A stretch of 54,826 nt of DNA from Candidatus Choladousia intestinigallinarum. Lineage in GTDB: Bacteria; Bacillota; Clostridia; Lachnospirales; Lachnospiraceae. Shown here one piece after another: positions 27,084 to 37,142 of this stretch. The number at the start of each line of letters is the position of its first letter. Positions within the stretch are counted from its first letter, which is position 1. The stretch spans positions 1 through 54,826 of the forward strand of contig DVGR01000075.1 in NCBI GenBank assembly GCA_018712605.1, read 5' to 3'. The translations under genes were made by a program, and so were the position numbers. Under the pieces are notes generated by a model. The model saw nothing but the letters and a program-made list of their open reading frames with translations, was not told where the DNA came from and made no database searches.

Positions 27084-27764
27084 TTATACCATGAAAACAT
27101 CGTTGATTTCTTTTCCGCTCCTGTGCTTCCCGGTAATAGAAAACTCTACCCACTCGCCAATATTGGAAGCATGATCCCCGATTCTCTCATAATATTTGGC
27201 TACCATCAAAAGATCAAGGGCCTGGTCGCTGGAAATCTCGCCCGTCTTCATCTCTTCAATGATTTCTCTGCGCACCGCCAGGAAATGCTCATCCACAACG
27301 TCATCGTTGTCAATGACTTCCTGTGCCATGGCAAGGCTGCTCTCCACATAGGACTCAATGCTGTTATTTACCATTTTCATGGTGGCCTCGGCCATCTGGG
27401 TCAGTCTCGATCCGCTGATAGGAAGCTTGATGGCGCCTACCTGGATAATCTCAGCAATATCCGTAGCCTGATCTCCGATCCGCTCCAGATCCGTGATCAT
27501 CTTCAGAGCCGCTGAAATCCTTCTAAGATCCGAGGCAACGGGCTGCTGCTGAAGGAGAAGCTGAATGCAGATGGTCTCCACCTGTCTCTCCTGATGGTCA
27601 ATCTCGTGCTCCAGTTGATCGATTTCTTTCACCATATTCTCCTGCTCATTCTCTTCGGAAAGAAGGAGCTTATAAGTCTTCATAATGGCTTTTTCGCAGA
27701 GCATCCCCATCTCCAGCATTTCTTTGTGAAGGCGCTCCATCTTCTCTATAAACCGATTTCTCAT
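27084..27764 (-). CDS. phoU: Phosphate signalling protein PhoU
   Basis: QQPVASDLR, DLERIGDQA and YERIGDHASNIGEW motifs. Confidence 0.96.
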   Translation of the reverse strand: MRNRFIEKMERLHKEMLEMGMLCEKAIMKTYKLLLSEENEQENMVKEIDQLEHEIDHQERQVETICIQLLLQQQPVASDLRRISAALKMITDLERIGDQATDIAEIIQVGAIKLPISGSRLTQMAEATMKMVNNSIESYVESSLAMAQEVIDNDDVVDEHFLAVRREIIEEMKTGEISSDQALDLLMVAKYYERIGDHASNIGEWVEFSITGKHRSGKEINDVFMV

Positions 27765-27765
27765 A

Positions 27766-28515
27766 TCAGCCGAACCTCCCTGTAATATACTCTTCCGTTT
27801 TCTTATTCTTGGGCATAGAAAACAGCGTCATGGTATCATCGTACTCTATGACTTCTCCCAGAAGGAAGAAAGCAGTCTTATCTGAAATTCTGGCCGCCTG
27901 CTGCATATTGTGGGTTACCATCACGATTGTATATTTTTCTTTCAGTTCCACGGCCAGATCTTCAATTCTGCTGGTAGAAATAGGATCCAGGGCGGAAGTA
28001 GGCTCATCCATCAGAAGTACTTCAGGTTCCACGGCCAGAGCTCTGGCAATACAGAGACGCTGCTGCTGCCCACCGGACATTCCCAGAGCGCTCTTTTTCA
28101 GGCGGTCCTTTACTTCATCCCAGATAGCCGCATCCCTTAACGCCTTCTCTACAATGTCATCCAGCCTGGACTTGGAATGAACTCCATGAGTTCTGGGTCC
28201 ATAGGCAATATTATCATAGATGCTCATAGGAAACGGATTTGGTTTCTGAAATACCATTCCGACTCTTTTGCGCAGCATATTCACATCCATTTTCCCGTAT
28301 ATATCTTCCCCGTCCAGCTTCATTTCACCGGTGATTTTGCACCCTTCCACCAGGTCGTTCATACGATTTAAAGACTTCAAAAGCGTTGACTTTCCGCAGC
28401 CGCTGGGGCCAATGAAAGCTGTAATTTTATTTTCCGGAATGTCAAGATTAATATCCTTCAGCGCATGGAAATCTCCGTAATAGAGATTCGTATTGTGAAT
28501 TGTTATTTTATCCAT
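27766..28515 (-). CDS. pstB: Phosphate ABC transporter ATPase PstB
   Basis: [38 protein letters not shown]. Confidence 0.97.
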   Translation of the reverse strand: MDKITIHNTNLYYGDFHALKDINLDIPENKITAFIGPSGCGKSTLLKSLNRMNDLVEGCKITGEMKLDGEDIYGKMDVNMLRKRVGMVFQKPNPFPMSIYDNIAYGPRTHGVHSKSRLDDIVEKALRDAAIWDEVKDRLKKSALGMSGGQQQRLCIARALAVEPEVLLMDEPTSALDPISTSRIEDLAVELKEKYTIVMVTHNMQQAARISDKTAFFLLGEVIEYDDTMTLFSMPKNKKTEEYITGRFG

Positions 28516-28518
28516 TTC

Positions 28519-29466
28519 TTAACCTCTTCCCTTTGAAAGTTTCTTGGCCAGCAAGCCTGAAAGTCCATTTAACGCCAGCACCACTACTAGTAAAACCACT
28601 GCCGTGGCATACGCCTCATTCATATGAAGGCCCTCGCTGGAAAGCACATACATATGAACGGCCAGGGTACGTCCGGGCCCAAAAAGATTATTCGGAACCT
28701 GAGCTACAGATCCTGCCGTGTAAAGCAGGGCAGCCGTTTCGCCTACGATTCTTCCTGTGGCCAAAACCACTCCTGAAAGAATTCCCGGTACCGCCGTGGG
28801 CAGGACAATGCGGAAGATCGTCCTCAATTTTCCCGCTCCCAACCCAAAGGAGGCCTCCCTGTAAGAATCCGGCACTGCCAGAAGCGCTTCCTCCGCAGTC
28901 CTCATAATCAACGGCAGAATCATAATAACCAGGGTCAGGGACCCTGCCAAAAGGGAATACCCCCATCTTAAAGCTGTACTGAAAAACAGCATACCGAACA
29001 AGCCGTAGATAATTGAGGGAATTCCTGAAAGGGTCTCCGCCGTAAGCCGGATTACCGTCACAATCTTGCTGCCTTTATTTGCGTACTCCACAAGAAAGAT
29101 AGCCGCAAATACTCCCACAGGAATCGCAATCGCCAAAGAAAGCCCTGTCATCATTACCGTATTGATCATTGCAGGCATCAGTGAAACATTCTCTGAATTA
29201 TATTCCAGTGCGAAGAGACTGGGAGTGATATACCGTACTCCTTTGATTACAATAAAGCCCACCAGGAAAACCATAACCGCCAGAGTTAAAAACCCTGCCA
29301 GCCATACCAACAGGGCCGCTGCCGCCGAACAAGGATGGTTTTTCCACTTCTGGGCAGCCTTTTCCAGCCACATTCCGGCCGTCCGCTTCTTCTGTTCTGG
29401 GATACTGCCGATTGCCACAGTTCCCTCGCCGCCTGCGCTGCCGGACAAATTATTTTCTCTATTCAT
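28519..29466 (-). CDS. pstA: Phosphate ABC transporter permease PstA
   Basis: LSGIPSIIYGLFG, EASFGLGA, GRIVGETAAL; operon position. Confidence 0.95.
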   Translation of the reverse strand: MNRENNLSGSAGGEGTVAIGSIPEQKKRTAGMWLEKAAQKWKNHPCSAAAALLVWLAGFLTLAVMVFLVGFIVIKGVRYITPSLFALEYNSENVSLMPAMINTVMMTGLSLAIAIPVGVFAAIFLVEYANKGSKIVTVIRLTAETLSGIPSIIYGLFGMLFFSTALRWGYSLLAGSLTLVIMILPLIMRTAEEALLAVPDSYREASFGLGAGKLRTIFRIVLPTAVPGILSGVVLATGRIVGETAALLYTAGSVAQVPNNLFGPGRTLAVHMYVLSSEGLHMNEAYATAVVLLVVVLALNGLSGLLAKKLSKGRG

Positions 29467-30313
29467 ATGCCGATCTCCGTTTCAAAGCTGAAATGCAAAG
29501 GTTAATGATCAAAATAAACACAAACAGTACAACACCAGTGGCAATCAAAGCCTCTCTGTGCAGGTTTGCCGCATAACCCATTTCCATTACAATGTTCGCC
29601 GTCATCGTGCGCAGACCTTCAAACACGCCCTGAGGCATCCAGGTCTGGTTTCCCGCAACCATAATTACCGCCATAGTTTCGCCGATGGCACGTCCGATTC
29701 CCAGGACTACCCCTGCCATAACTCCCGATTTTGCCGCCGGAAATACCGTAAAGAAAACACTGCGCTCATGGGTAGCCCCAAGAGCAAGAGCCCCTTCATA
29801 GTATGAGTCCGGGACACTCCTGATCGCCGACTCCGCAACGCCTGTCACTGTGGGCAGAATCATAATTCCAAGAAGGAGGGATGCCGTAAACATTGTAGTT
29901 CCATTTCCGGTAAGCTCTCTTAGCCATGGTACGAATACTACCAGACCAAAGAAACCATATACAACAGAAGGAACTCCCGCCATTAAGTTTACTGTAGCCT
30001 TAAAAAATGGGTACAGCCTTTTGGGGCAATAGTGAACCATGAATATAGCTGTCAGCAGCGCCACGGGCACTCCGATCAAAATAGCGCCGGCAGTTACATA
30101 GATGCTTCCAAGAATAAAAGGGAAAATCCCATATAAATCATTGGAGGGCCTCCATGTCTGACCAAACAGAAAATCGAAAATTCCGATCTCTCCCATAGCA
30201 GGCAGCCCGTTTGCAAACAAAAAAACGCAGATCAGCGCCACCGCCAGGACAGAGGTACAGGCTGCTACCAGAAATATGGCATGCATGACCCGCTCTGATA
30301 ATTTATTTGTCAT
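29459..30313 (-). CDS. pstC: Phosphate ABC transporter permease PstC
   Basis: AGVPSVVYGFFG, EGALALGA, GRAIGETMAV. Confidence 0.95.
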   Translation of the reverse strand: MTNKLSERVMHAIFLVAACTSVLAVALICVFLFANGLPAMGEIGIFDFLFGQTWRPSNDLYGIFPFILGSIYVTAGAILIGVPVALLTAIFMVHYCPKRLYPFFKATVNLMAGVPSVVYGFFGLVVFVPWLRELTGNGTTMFTASLLLGIMILPTVTGVAESAIRSVPDSYYEGALALGATHERSVFFTVFPAAKSGVMAGVVLGIGRAIGETMAVIMVAGNQTWMPQGVFEGLRTMTANIVMEMGYAANLHREALIATGVVLFVFILIINLCISALKRRSAYE

Positions 30314-30413
30314 TCAAACTTCCATTCCTTTCTTCTCGCTCCGGCACAGCCATAATCACAGGCCCAAAGTCTCACTTCGTTTCCGGATGACACTTGTTTA
30401 CCCTATTCACAGC

Positions 30414-30443
30414 TCTTCCCGAACTTTTTACAGTTCGGGAAGA
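30414..30443. other. Stem-loop between pstS and pstC (mRNA stabiliser, partial terminator or REP-like)
   Basis: Perfect 12-bp stem TCTTCCCGAACT/AGTTCGGGAAGA. Confidence 0.6.
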
Positions 30444-30482
30444 ATCAAAAATTATATTTGCAGAATCAATTTTTTACCAGAG

Positions 30483-31421
30483 TTACTCAGCCGCCTCTGT
30501 AGCCTCAGTCTCTTCCACCGCTTCAGTCTCAGCCGCTTCGGTTTCCTCTGCAGCCTCAGCATCCTCAGCTGCTGCAGGTGCTGCAAGGGCATCTTCCCAT
30601 GCGGTGATCTCGCCCACATAGATCTGACGGATCGTCTCGCTGGAAAGCTCCGTTACGCCGCTCTCGTTGTTTACGATTACCGCAATACCATCCTGCGCAA
30701 TCACAGTGGGAGTAAGTCCTGCTGCGATTTCTTCTTCATTTACTTCTCTGGAAGCCATTCCGATGTCGCAAAGTCCGTCAATCGTAGACTGCATACCTGT
30801 GGTAGAATCGCTCTGCTGAACTGCGATATTTACATTTTCATTTACTTCTGCGTATCCCTCTGCCAGCTTCTCCATTACAGGAGTTACAGAGGAAGAACCT
30901 GCTACTGTCACATCCCCTGAAGCATCTGTCGCCTCGTAAGCGCCTGTGCTTTCAACCGGGATATATCCGTTCTCTTCGATGATTGCCTGTCCCTCATCGC
31001 TCATGATGTAGCTTACAAAATCAGCAGCCGCATCGCTGAGATCTTCTTTGGTGGCAATATTGAAGGGACGAACTACCGGGTACGTTCCATTCTCAATATT
31101 TTCTGCAGTTGCCTCAGCTCCGTCAACCTTTACCGCTGTAACTGAATCGTCCAGGGAACCAAGAGATATGTAGCCGATGGCATTGGCGTCCCCTGCCACA
31201 GTGGTCATCATAACAGCCGTGCTGTTAGTAATGTTTGCCGCCTGTGTCGTATTGTCAACATCGTCAGCTTTAATTCCCAGCAGCTCAACAAAAGCGCCTC
31301 TTGTACCAGAACCGTCTTCTCTGGATACTACTGTGATATCTCCCTCGGCTGCCGCCATAGCGGTTACGCCCAGACTTGCTGTCATCATTGCTGCCATACA
31401 TACTGCAATTGCTTTTTTCAT
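30483..31421 (-). CDS. pstS: Phosphate-binding protein PstS (permuted lobe order, acidic tail)
   Basis: SREDGSGTR, GSSSV, DIGMASR and DGIAVIVN motifs; signal peptide MKKAIAV...AMA; SD AAAGGAG. Confidence 0.92.
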   Translation of the reverse strand: MKKAIAVCMAAMMTASLGVTAMAAAEGDITVVSREDGSGTRGAFVELLGIKADDVDNTTQAANITNSTAVMMTTVAGDANAIGYISLGSLDDSVTAVKVDGAEATAENIENGTYPVVRPFNIATKEDLSDAAADFVSYIMSDEGQAIIEENGYIPVESTGAYEATDASGDVTVAGSSSVTPVMEKLAEGYAEVNENVNIAVQQSDSTTGMQSTIDGLCDIGMASREVNEEEIAAGLTPTVIAQDGIAVIVNNESGVTELSSETIRQIYVGEITAWEDALAAPAAAEDAEAAEETEAAETEAVEETEATEAAE

Positions 31422-31519
31422 AATAATTATGTCTCCTTTCACCACAACCAACTCGCTGTGTCTCGTTCATTACGAATTGCATTTTAAAGGAGAAATGTAA
31501 AATATGAAACACGGTTCAA

Positions 31520-31546
31520 GTAAAGAATACGTAAATTCCCGGTAAG
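31520..31546 (-). promoter_or_regulatory. Pho-box-like repeats upstream of pstS
   Basis: Minus strand CTTAC-6-TTTAC-6-TTTAC (11-bp period), with another TTTAC at 31501-31497. Confidence 0.6.
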
Positions 31547-31550
31547 GATT

Positions 31551-33068
31551 TTACTTTTTATTTTCCCGGCAGCGCAGCGCTTCCCTTAAGTACTCGATAT
31601 CCCTGGGGCATTTTTTCACGGTGCCCCTGATTTTCTGATGGTTTTCACACCCTTTCCCCAAAATCAGCACAAGAGTCTTTTCATCCTGGACTTCGGCCAC
31701 CGCTTTCATGATAGCATTTTTCCGGTCTGGGAGCTTCTGGCAGGGGCATCCTGCCAGCTTTACGTAATAGCTGATCTCCTCAGCGATCTTTTCCTGGCTC
31801 TCCATGCCCGGGTCATCCGAAGTGACATACACCTTGTCCGAACACAGCCCCGCCAGCAGTCCCAGCTCTTTTCTTCTGTTCAGGGCTTTTCCTCCCGGAC
31901 ATCCGAAAACCGTTATGATTTTCCGAAACTGGGGATATTCATAAAAGACTGCCTCGTACAGTCTTTCAAAGCTCAGCCTGTTATGAGCGAAATCCACGAT
32001 CCCGCATATTTTCCCATCTCTGCTCATGACAGTTTCCATTCTTCCCGGCACCTGCGTCTTTAAAAGGGCCCTCTTCATACAGTCTACGGGGAGATGATAG
32101 ACGGATGCAGCCGCAATGGCAGCCACGGCATTTTCGATATTAAAGCTCCCTTTCATACCCAGTTCAAATCTCTCGCAGAATTCTTTGCAGATCACCTGAA
32201 AAGAAATCCGTCCCTGTTCCCTGGAAACATTGCAGCAGAAAAAGTCCGCCTCCGGCCTGGTGCCGAAGGTAACAATTCTCCCGGCTTTTCTGGCCGCCTT
32301 CAGGATCTTCCCGCTGTGTTCCGCATCCAGATTCACACATGCCGTTCTGGTCTGCCGGAAGATGGACAGCTTGGAGGTAAAATAATCCTCAAAATCTTTA
32401 TGTTCTCCCGGGCTTATATGATCCTCAGAAATATTCAGAAAGATCCCCACGTCAAAGACCAGTTCCTTTACCCTTCCATACTTCAGCGCCTGGCTTGAAA
32501 CCTCCAAGGCCATGTGGGACAGACCCGCTGTCCTGGCGTTGAAGAGATGCTCATGAAGTACCAGTGCCTCGGGAGTGGTCAGGCTGGAACGCTCCCGCCG
32601 CATACCGTCATAGTTGGTCACGGATGAGAGAAGCCCAGTCTCCTTTCCTCCTTTTTCTTTCTCCCATTCATCAAACATGGCTTTCAGGTACCATGCAGTG
32701 GTGGTTTTCCCCTTCGTCCCCGTAATGCCTGTCAGCAGAAGGCGGTCCGGGGCATAATCAAAAAACAAAGCCGCCAGTACCGCCATAGCCGACCGGATAT
32801 CATTTACCAGCAGGCAGGGAATTCCCTCTTCCCTGACATACTCTTTCTCACTTACATACCCTACGCACCCTTTATGGATGGCTTCTTTTAAATATTCCGG
32901 CTTAAAGGCCTTCCCCTTACAGAAAAAAAGCGTGCCTGGCACCACTCTTTTTGAATCATATGTAATCCAGTAGACTTCCTTTTTATTCATCAGCCACTGG
33001 TTTCTGTCTTCAGACGCCAAAAGTCCCCTGGCCCTCAGCGTCTCTCCCATTTCATTTAATGTCCTCAT
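31551..33068 (-). CDS. murE: MurE-family UDP-MurNAc-peptide ligase
   Basis: GITGTKGKTT P-loop, TTPE, LEVSSQ, NISEDH, VPGRME, VDFAHN, GKG motifs; SD CAGGAGG before ATG 33068. Confidence 0.85.
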   Translation of the reverse strand: MRTLNEMGETLRARGLLASEDRNQWLMNKKEVYWITYDSKRVVPGTLFFCKGKAFKPEYLKEAIHKGCVGYVSEKEYVREEGIPCLLVNDIRSAMAVLAALFFDYAPDRLLLTGITGTKGKTTTAWYLKAMFDEWEKEKGGKETGLLSSVTNYDGMRRERSSLTTPEALVLHEHLFNARTAGLSHMALEVSSQALKYGRVKELVFDVGIFLNISEDHISPGEHKDFEDYFTSKLSIFRQTRTACVNLDAEHSGKILKAARKAGRIVTFGTRPEADFFCCNVSREQGRISFQVICKEFCERFELGMKGSFNIENAVAAIAAASVYHLPVDCMKRALLKTQVPGRMETVMSRDGKICGIVDFAHNRLSFERLYEAVFYEYPQFRKIITVFGCPGGKALNRRKELGLLAGLCSDKVYVTSDDPGMESQEKIAEEISYYVKLAGCPCQKLPDRKNAIMKAVAEVQDEKTLVLILGKGCENHQKIRGTVKKCPRDIEYLREALRCRENKK

Positions 33069-33201
33069 CTTTGCCTCCTGTAATGCAGATTCCACTCTGT
33101 CAATTATTAGACGCCGCAGCCTGCGGAAAGGTTTCATGCATTGTGATTTGGCAGAAAAAGAAATATCCTTCCTGCTTCTGACAGAAAGGATATCCTCTAA
33201 A

Positions 33202-33240
33202 TGTATCGTACTTTTTTCTTTTTTGTATCCAAGTTGTATC
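33202..33240 (-). promoter_or_regulatory. Direct-repeat regulator site upstream of murE
   Basis: GATACA at 33240-33235, 33229-33224 and 33207-33202 (spacings 11 and 22 bp), typical of OmpR-family binding geometry. Confidence 0.55.
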
Positions 33241-33319
33241 ATCTGTTTAAGAATGCCGCCATTCTTGCTGCGTGGTGTACGGACATGGTCCATTTCTAAT
33301 TAAAGACACAGATGGAGCC

Positions 33320-34372
33320 TCAGAAGCTCTGTGCCTCTTCACTGCTCATCATACTATACAGAACCGCAAGCCACTCATCCGCCGGTACTGTCCACTGTTC
33401 CCACCAATAGGTTCCCATTATGGGATAAATATAGTCTGTCCATTCTCTGGTACCGTACATCACCGTGTAGCCGCTGCCCCATGGGCAGCACTCCAGAATC
33501 CGGTAAGCATTTGCCACAGAATCTCCATATTCCAAAGTAATATTCAGTTCCAGTCCATACGGATCCAGAAATTCTGCCCTGTAGCTCTGGGCGAGCCCTG
33601 CCTGGGCGAAATCAGGAATTCCCATAATAATTTTGGATTCTCCGGCTTTCCCTGAGCCAGCCATATAAAACTCTACCATATGTTTTGCCGATTCAAAGTT
33701 TAACTCCCAGGCCAGATGCTCTGCGGCTTCCTGCCCCAGGATGGACACATAATACAGAAATCCCGTATCGGCATCCATGATCAGATGCAAAATCAGACTG
33801 TCATTGTAGTCCGGCGTTTCTTCCCCTGCTTCTCTCAGACCTATAGCCAGCACATATACCGGGATCTGCCCCTCAAGGGTATCTACGTACGTATACCACA
33901 TCATTCCATCCATCTCATACTGGGATGTGTTTTCCTCCCCGTATGCTTCGTCTATTGCCCCATCCCCACTGCGTTCCAGGGCCAATGACAGCATGGAGAG
34001 ATAGCTTTGAGGAATCAGCCCCGCCTCTGTCCAGCCCGAAAGGCTTTCTATACACTGTTCCATCACCCGTTTAGGATCTTCCGGCTCCACCAGTCCGTAT
34101 ACTTCCTCATAATTTCCATTTCCGTAGCTATCGGCATAGCTGCTCTGATTTATCTGGGACACGGCCTGAAGACGCTGGCTTACATCCATCTCCTGGGAAT
34201 CCACAAAAGAAATCTCTTCCCTCTCTTTTGTGACCACTTCCTGGAAGGTTCTGCTGTCCGACCACTCCGAATACCAATCTGGCAGAAACAGCGCCAGCAA
34301 AACGGAAACCGCCAGTCCCACGGCACAGAGCGCATATGTAAATACAGGGGGATATTGCCCTCGTCTCTTCAT
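33320..34372 (-). CDS. Hypothetical membrane-anchored extracellular protein
   Basis: Single N-terminal TM followed by an acidic domain; ATGA overlap with the upstream kinase stop. Confidence 0.75.
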   Translation of the reverse strand: MKRRGQYPPVFTYALCAVGLAVSVLLALFLPDWYSEWSDSRTFQEVVTKEREEISFVDSQEMDVSQRLQAVSQINQSSYADSYGNGNYEEVYGLVEPEDPKRVMEQCIESLSGWTEAGLIPQSYLSMLSLALERSGDGAIDEAYGEENTSQYEMDGMMWYTYVDTLEGQIPVYVLAIGLREAGEETPDYNDSLILHLIMDADTGFLYYVSILGQEAAEHLAWELNFESAKHMVEFYMAGSGKAGESKIIMGIPDFAQAGLAQSYRAEFLDPYGLELNITLEYGDSVANAYRILECCPWGSGYTVMYGTREWTDYIYPIMGTYWWEQWTVPADEWLAVLYSMMSSEEAQSF

Positions 34373-35796
34373 GACTGTTCACTCCTGGAATTTCTTTTTC
34401 TCTTAGGTATTCTGAAAAGAACCGTAATCTTCATTCCCTCCCCCGGCTCGCTCTCCATCTGCCATGCAGCCTTGTGAAGATCCAGGATCTTTTTGCACAG
34501 GGCCAGCCCCAGGCCGGCCCCTCCTTCTTTCCTGGATCTGGATTTATCCACCATATAGAAAGCTTCCGTAAGCCTTGAAAGCTCCTCCTTCTTTACGCCC
34601 ATCCCTTCATCCTGGACACTGGCCAGATAAAAACCCTCCTCTGGATATCCCGTAATCCAGATCCTCTTCCCTGGCTGGGAGGCTTTCGCCGCATTATCCA
34701 GAAGATTAATAAAGACAGAACCCAGAAGCTCCCGGTCTCCATACACGAATCCCGGTTTCACATCTGCGATCAGAGAGAGATTTTTCGCCTCCATGGCTGG
34801 AGCCACGATCTCAGATACTTCCCGTATCAGCTCCGGAAACAGAATTCTCTTAAAGTTTGGTTCTTTCCCCTCCATGGCGGACCACTCCAAAAGCTTATAG
34901 GAAAGAGAGAGAAGACGCTTCCCCTGCCGGTAAATGTAATCTGCGCTCATATCATTCTCTTCCTTGGAAAGCTCCATGGAACGGATGGTGTCCGCATATC
35001 CGATAATGGAGGTGAGGGGCGTTTTCAGCTCATGGGCGAAAGCAGAAGTAAAGGCCTCCTGGCGGGAAACCTCTTCCTTAAGCTGCTCCATCTGGGCATT
35101 CATGATGCCCGCCATCCAGTTAAAATCCGCTGCCAGCCGTCCGATCTCGTCTCTGGAGCGGATGTTGGCCCTGACATCGTATTGACCTGTGGCAAAGCTG
35201 CGGACCGTCCTGGAGAGCTTTCTTGTATTTCCCATAACCAGGTATAAGATCCCCAGCATCAGCCCACCCATGATGAAAGTAATTAAAAATACCCCTGTCT
35301 GATAGACAGACTGTCGTTCATCTCTCTCTTTAAATATGGGCGTCAGATCCCTTACAGTCTCAATATAGACTCCTGTGCCGCTCCTGGAAAGCACCACGAT
35401 ATAGTAGCGGTTTCCCTGGGCCGCAATCTGCGCCCCCACATTCACACTCTCGGTTAGGCTCTCCAGAATCCCGTTTTCGACCCTCTCCTGGGTATCCTGG
35501 TAGAGAACCTCCGCTCCGTCCGCTCCGTAAATCCTGGTATTTCCAGCCTCGGATCCTGCGTTTCTGCGAATGCTTTCCGCTATGGCTTTTACAGAATCCT
35601 CCTGGCTTTGCAGGGAGGCTGAATGCCAGGTCAGTTCATAGGAGACCTGAAACATCTGGTTCTCCATAAAACATCGTTCTCTCTCCCTGTCAAGATTGGA
35701 CTGAAAGCTTTCCTGAAGGATCCACGTCCCCAGAAGCGTCAGTGAAAGAAGAAATACTGGAATGGTCAAAAAGAAAATTTTCCACGCAAGACGCAT
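34369..35796 (-). CDS. HAMP-domain sensor histidine kinase
   Basis: Two TMs, RDEIGRLAADFN HAMP, AHELKTPLT, NLLDNA, GAGLGL. Confidence 0.93.
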   Translation of the reverse strand: MRLAWKIFFLTIPVFLLSLTLLGTWILQESFQSNLDRERERCFMENQMFQVSYELTWHSASLQSQEDSVKAIAESIRRNAGSEAGNTRIYGADGAEVLYQDTQERVENGILESLTESVNVGAQIAAQGNRYYIVVLSRSGTGVYIETVRDLTPIFKERDERQSVYQTGVFLITFIMGGLMLGILYLVMGNTRKLSRTVRSFATGQYDVRANIRSRDEIGRLAADFNWMAGIMNAQMEQLKEEVSRQEAFTSAFAHELKTPLTSIIGYADTIRSMELSKEENDMSADYIYRQGKRLLSLSYKLLEWSAMEGKEPNFKRILFPELIREVSEIVAPAMEAKNLSLIADVKPGFVYGDRELLGSVFINLLDNAAKASQPGKRIWITGYPEEGFYLASVQDEGMGVKKEELSRLTEAFYMVDKSRSRKEGGAGLGLALCKKILDLHKAAWQMESEPGEGMKITVLFRIPKRKRNSRSEQS

Positions 35797-35849
35797 CTCT
35801 TCCTCCTTTCCTCAGGGCTGCTGATCAAAAGGTTTCTTTAGATCCAGAT

Positions 35850-36503
35850 TCAGCCCACCAGCCTGTAGCCTACTTTATAAATTGCCACAATCTCCTTCTC
35901 CAGCCCCAGCTTCTTTTTCAGCCTCTGGACATGGAGATCCACCGTCCTTCCGGTTCCCGGGTACTCTCCCCCCCATACATGCTCATAGATGGTCTCCCTG
36001 TACAGAGCCCGGTTCCGGTTCCGCATAAACAGATATAAAAGGTCGTATTCTTTGGGCGTCAGCTCCACCGGCGCCCCATTTTTCAAAACAGTCCTAGACT
36101 CCGGCCGCAGTTCGATGGCTCCTATGCGCAGGCTCTGATCCAGTTTTCTGCAGCGGCGCAGCACCGTCTCCACTCTGGCCAGAAGCTCCGCTATATCAAA
36201 GGGCTTGGAGATATAGTCCTCCGCCCCCATCTTAAGCCCTCTTACTTTCTGGGCCGTATCTCCCATAGCCGTAAGGAAGATTACCGGTATTTCCTGACTC
36301 TTAGCATACTCCAGCACTTCGTATCCATCCAGTTTGGGAAGCATAATGTCCAGGAGGATCAAGTCAAAATCTTCCTCCTGGATTCTATCCGCCGCTTCCT
36401 CCCCGTCCATGGAAATGCCGCACTGATATCCCGCCTTCACAAGATTCATCCGAATCAGATTCAAAATCGGCTCTTCATCTTCTACAATTAATATCTTAGC
36501 CAT
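35850..36503 (-). CDS. OmpR-family response regulator
   Basis: IVEDE, LLDIMLP, KPF, RTVDLHVQRL, VGYRL. Confidence 0.94.
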   Translation of the reverse strand: MAKILIVEDEEPILNLIRMNLVKAGYQCGISMDGEEAADRIQEEDFDLILLDIMLPKLDGYEVLEYAKSQEIPVIFLTAMGDTAQKVRGLKMGAEDYISKPFDIAELLARVETVLRRCRKLDQSLRIGAIELRPESRTVLKNGAPVELTPKEYDLLYLFMRNRNRALYRETIYEHVWGGEYPGTGRTVDLHVQRLKKKLGLEKEIVAIYKVGYRLVG

Positions 36504-36506
36504 AAC

Positions 36507-37142
36507 TCACACTCCGTATTTCCCGCAGATATCCTCCAGACAGCATTTATCACAATGAGGCTTTGTCCTGGCTGTGCAGACGTCCCGCCCATGCCATACC
36601 AGCCGGTGACAGAAATCGCTTCCTTCTTCAGGAGGAATAATCTTCCACAGAGCCATCTCCACCTTCTTGGGATCCTTTATGCCGTCCACCAGGCCAATCC
36701 GGTTGGAGAGGCGGATGCAGTGGGTATCTGTGACGATAGCCGGTTTATGAAACACATCCCCCATAATCAGGTTCGCACTTTTTCTCCCCACTCCCGGCAG
36801 CTTCAGCAAAGCGTCAAAATCCTCCGGCACTTTTCCATTATATTTCTCATCCAAAATCTTCATGCAGGCGCTGATGTCCCTGGCCTTGCTGTGTCCCAGG
36901 CCGCAGGGCTTTACAATTTCTTCGATCTCTTCCGGCAGGGCATTTGCCAAAGCCTTCACATCCGGAAACTTTTCATACAGCTTCTCAACCACCACATTCA
37001 CCCGGGCATCCGTACACTGGGCAGCCAGGCGCACACTGACCAGCAGCTTCCAGGCCTGATCATAGTCAAGAGTACAGTCCGCATCGGGATATTCTTTCTT
37101 CAGTCTGTCAATCGCCTCTAGGGCAAGGGCTTCTTTCGTCAT
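36507..37142 (-). CDS. nth: Endonuclease III
   Basis: AQCTD, HhH LPGVGRKSAN, DTH and FeS motif C-x7-C-x2-C-x5-C. Confidence 0.95.
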   Translation of the reverse strand: MTKEALALEAIDRLKKEYPDADCTLDYDQAWKLLVSVRLAAQCTDARVNVVVEKLYEKFPDVKALANALPEEIEEIVKPCGLGHSKARDISACMKILDEKYNGKVPEDFDALLKLPGVGRKSANLIMGDVFHKPAIVTDTHCIRLSNRIGLVDGIKDPKKVEMALWKIIPPEEGSDFCHRLVWHGRDVCTARTKPHCDKCCLEDICGKYGV

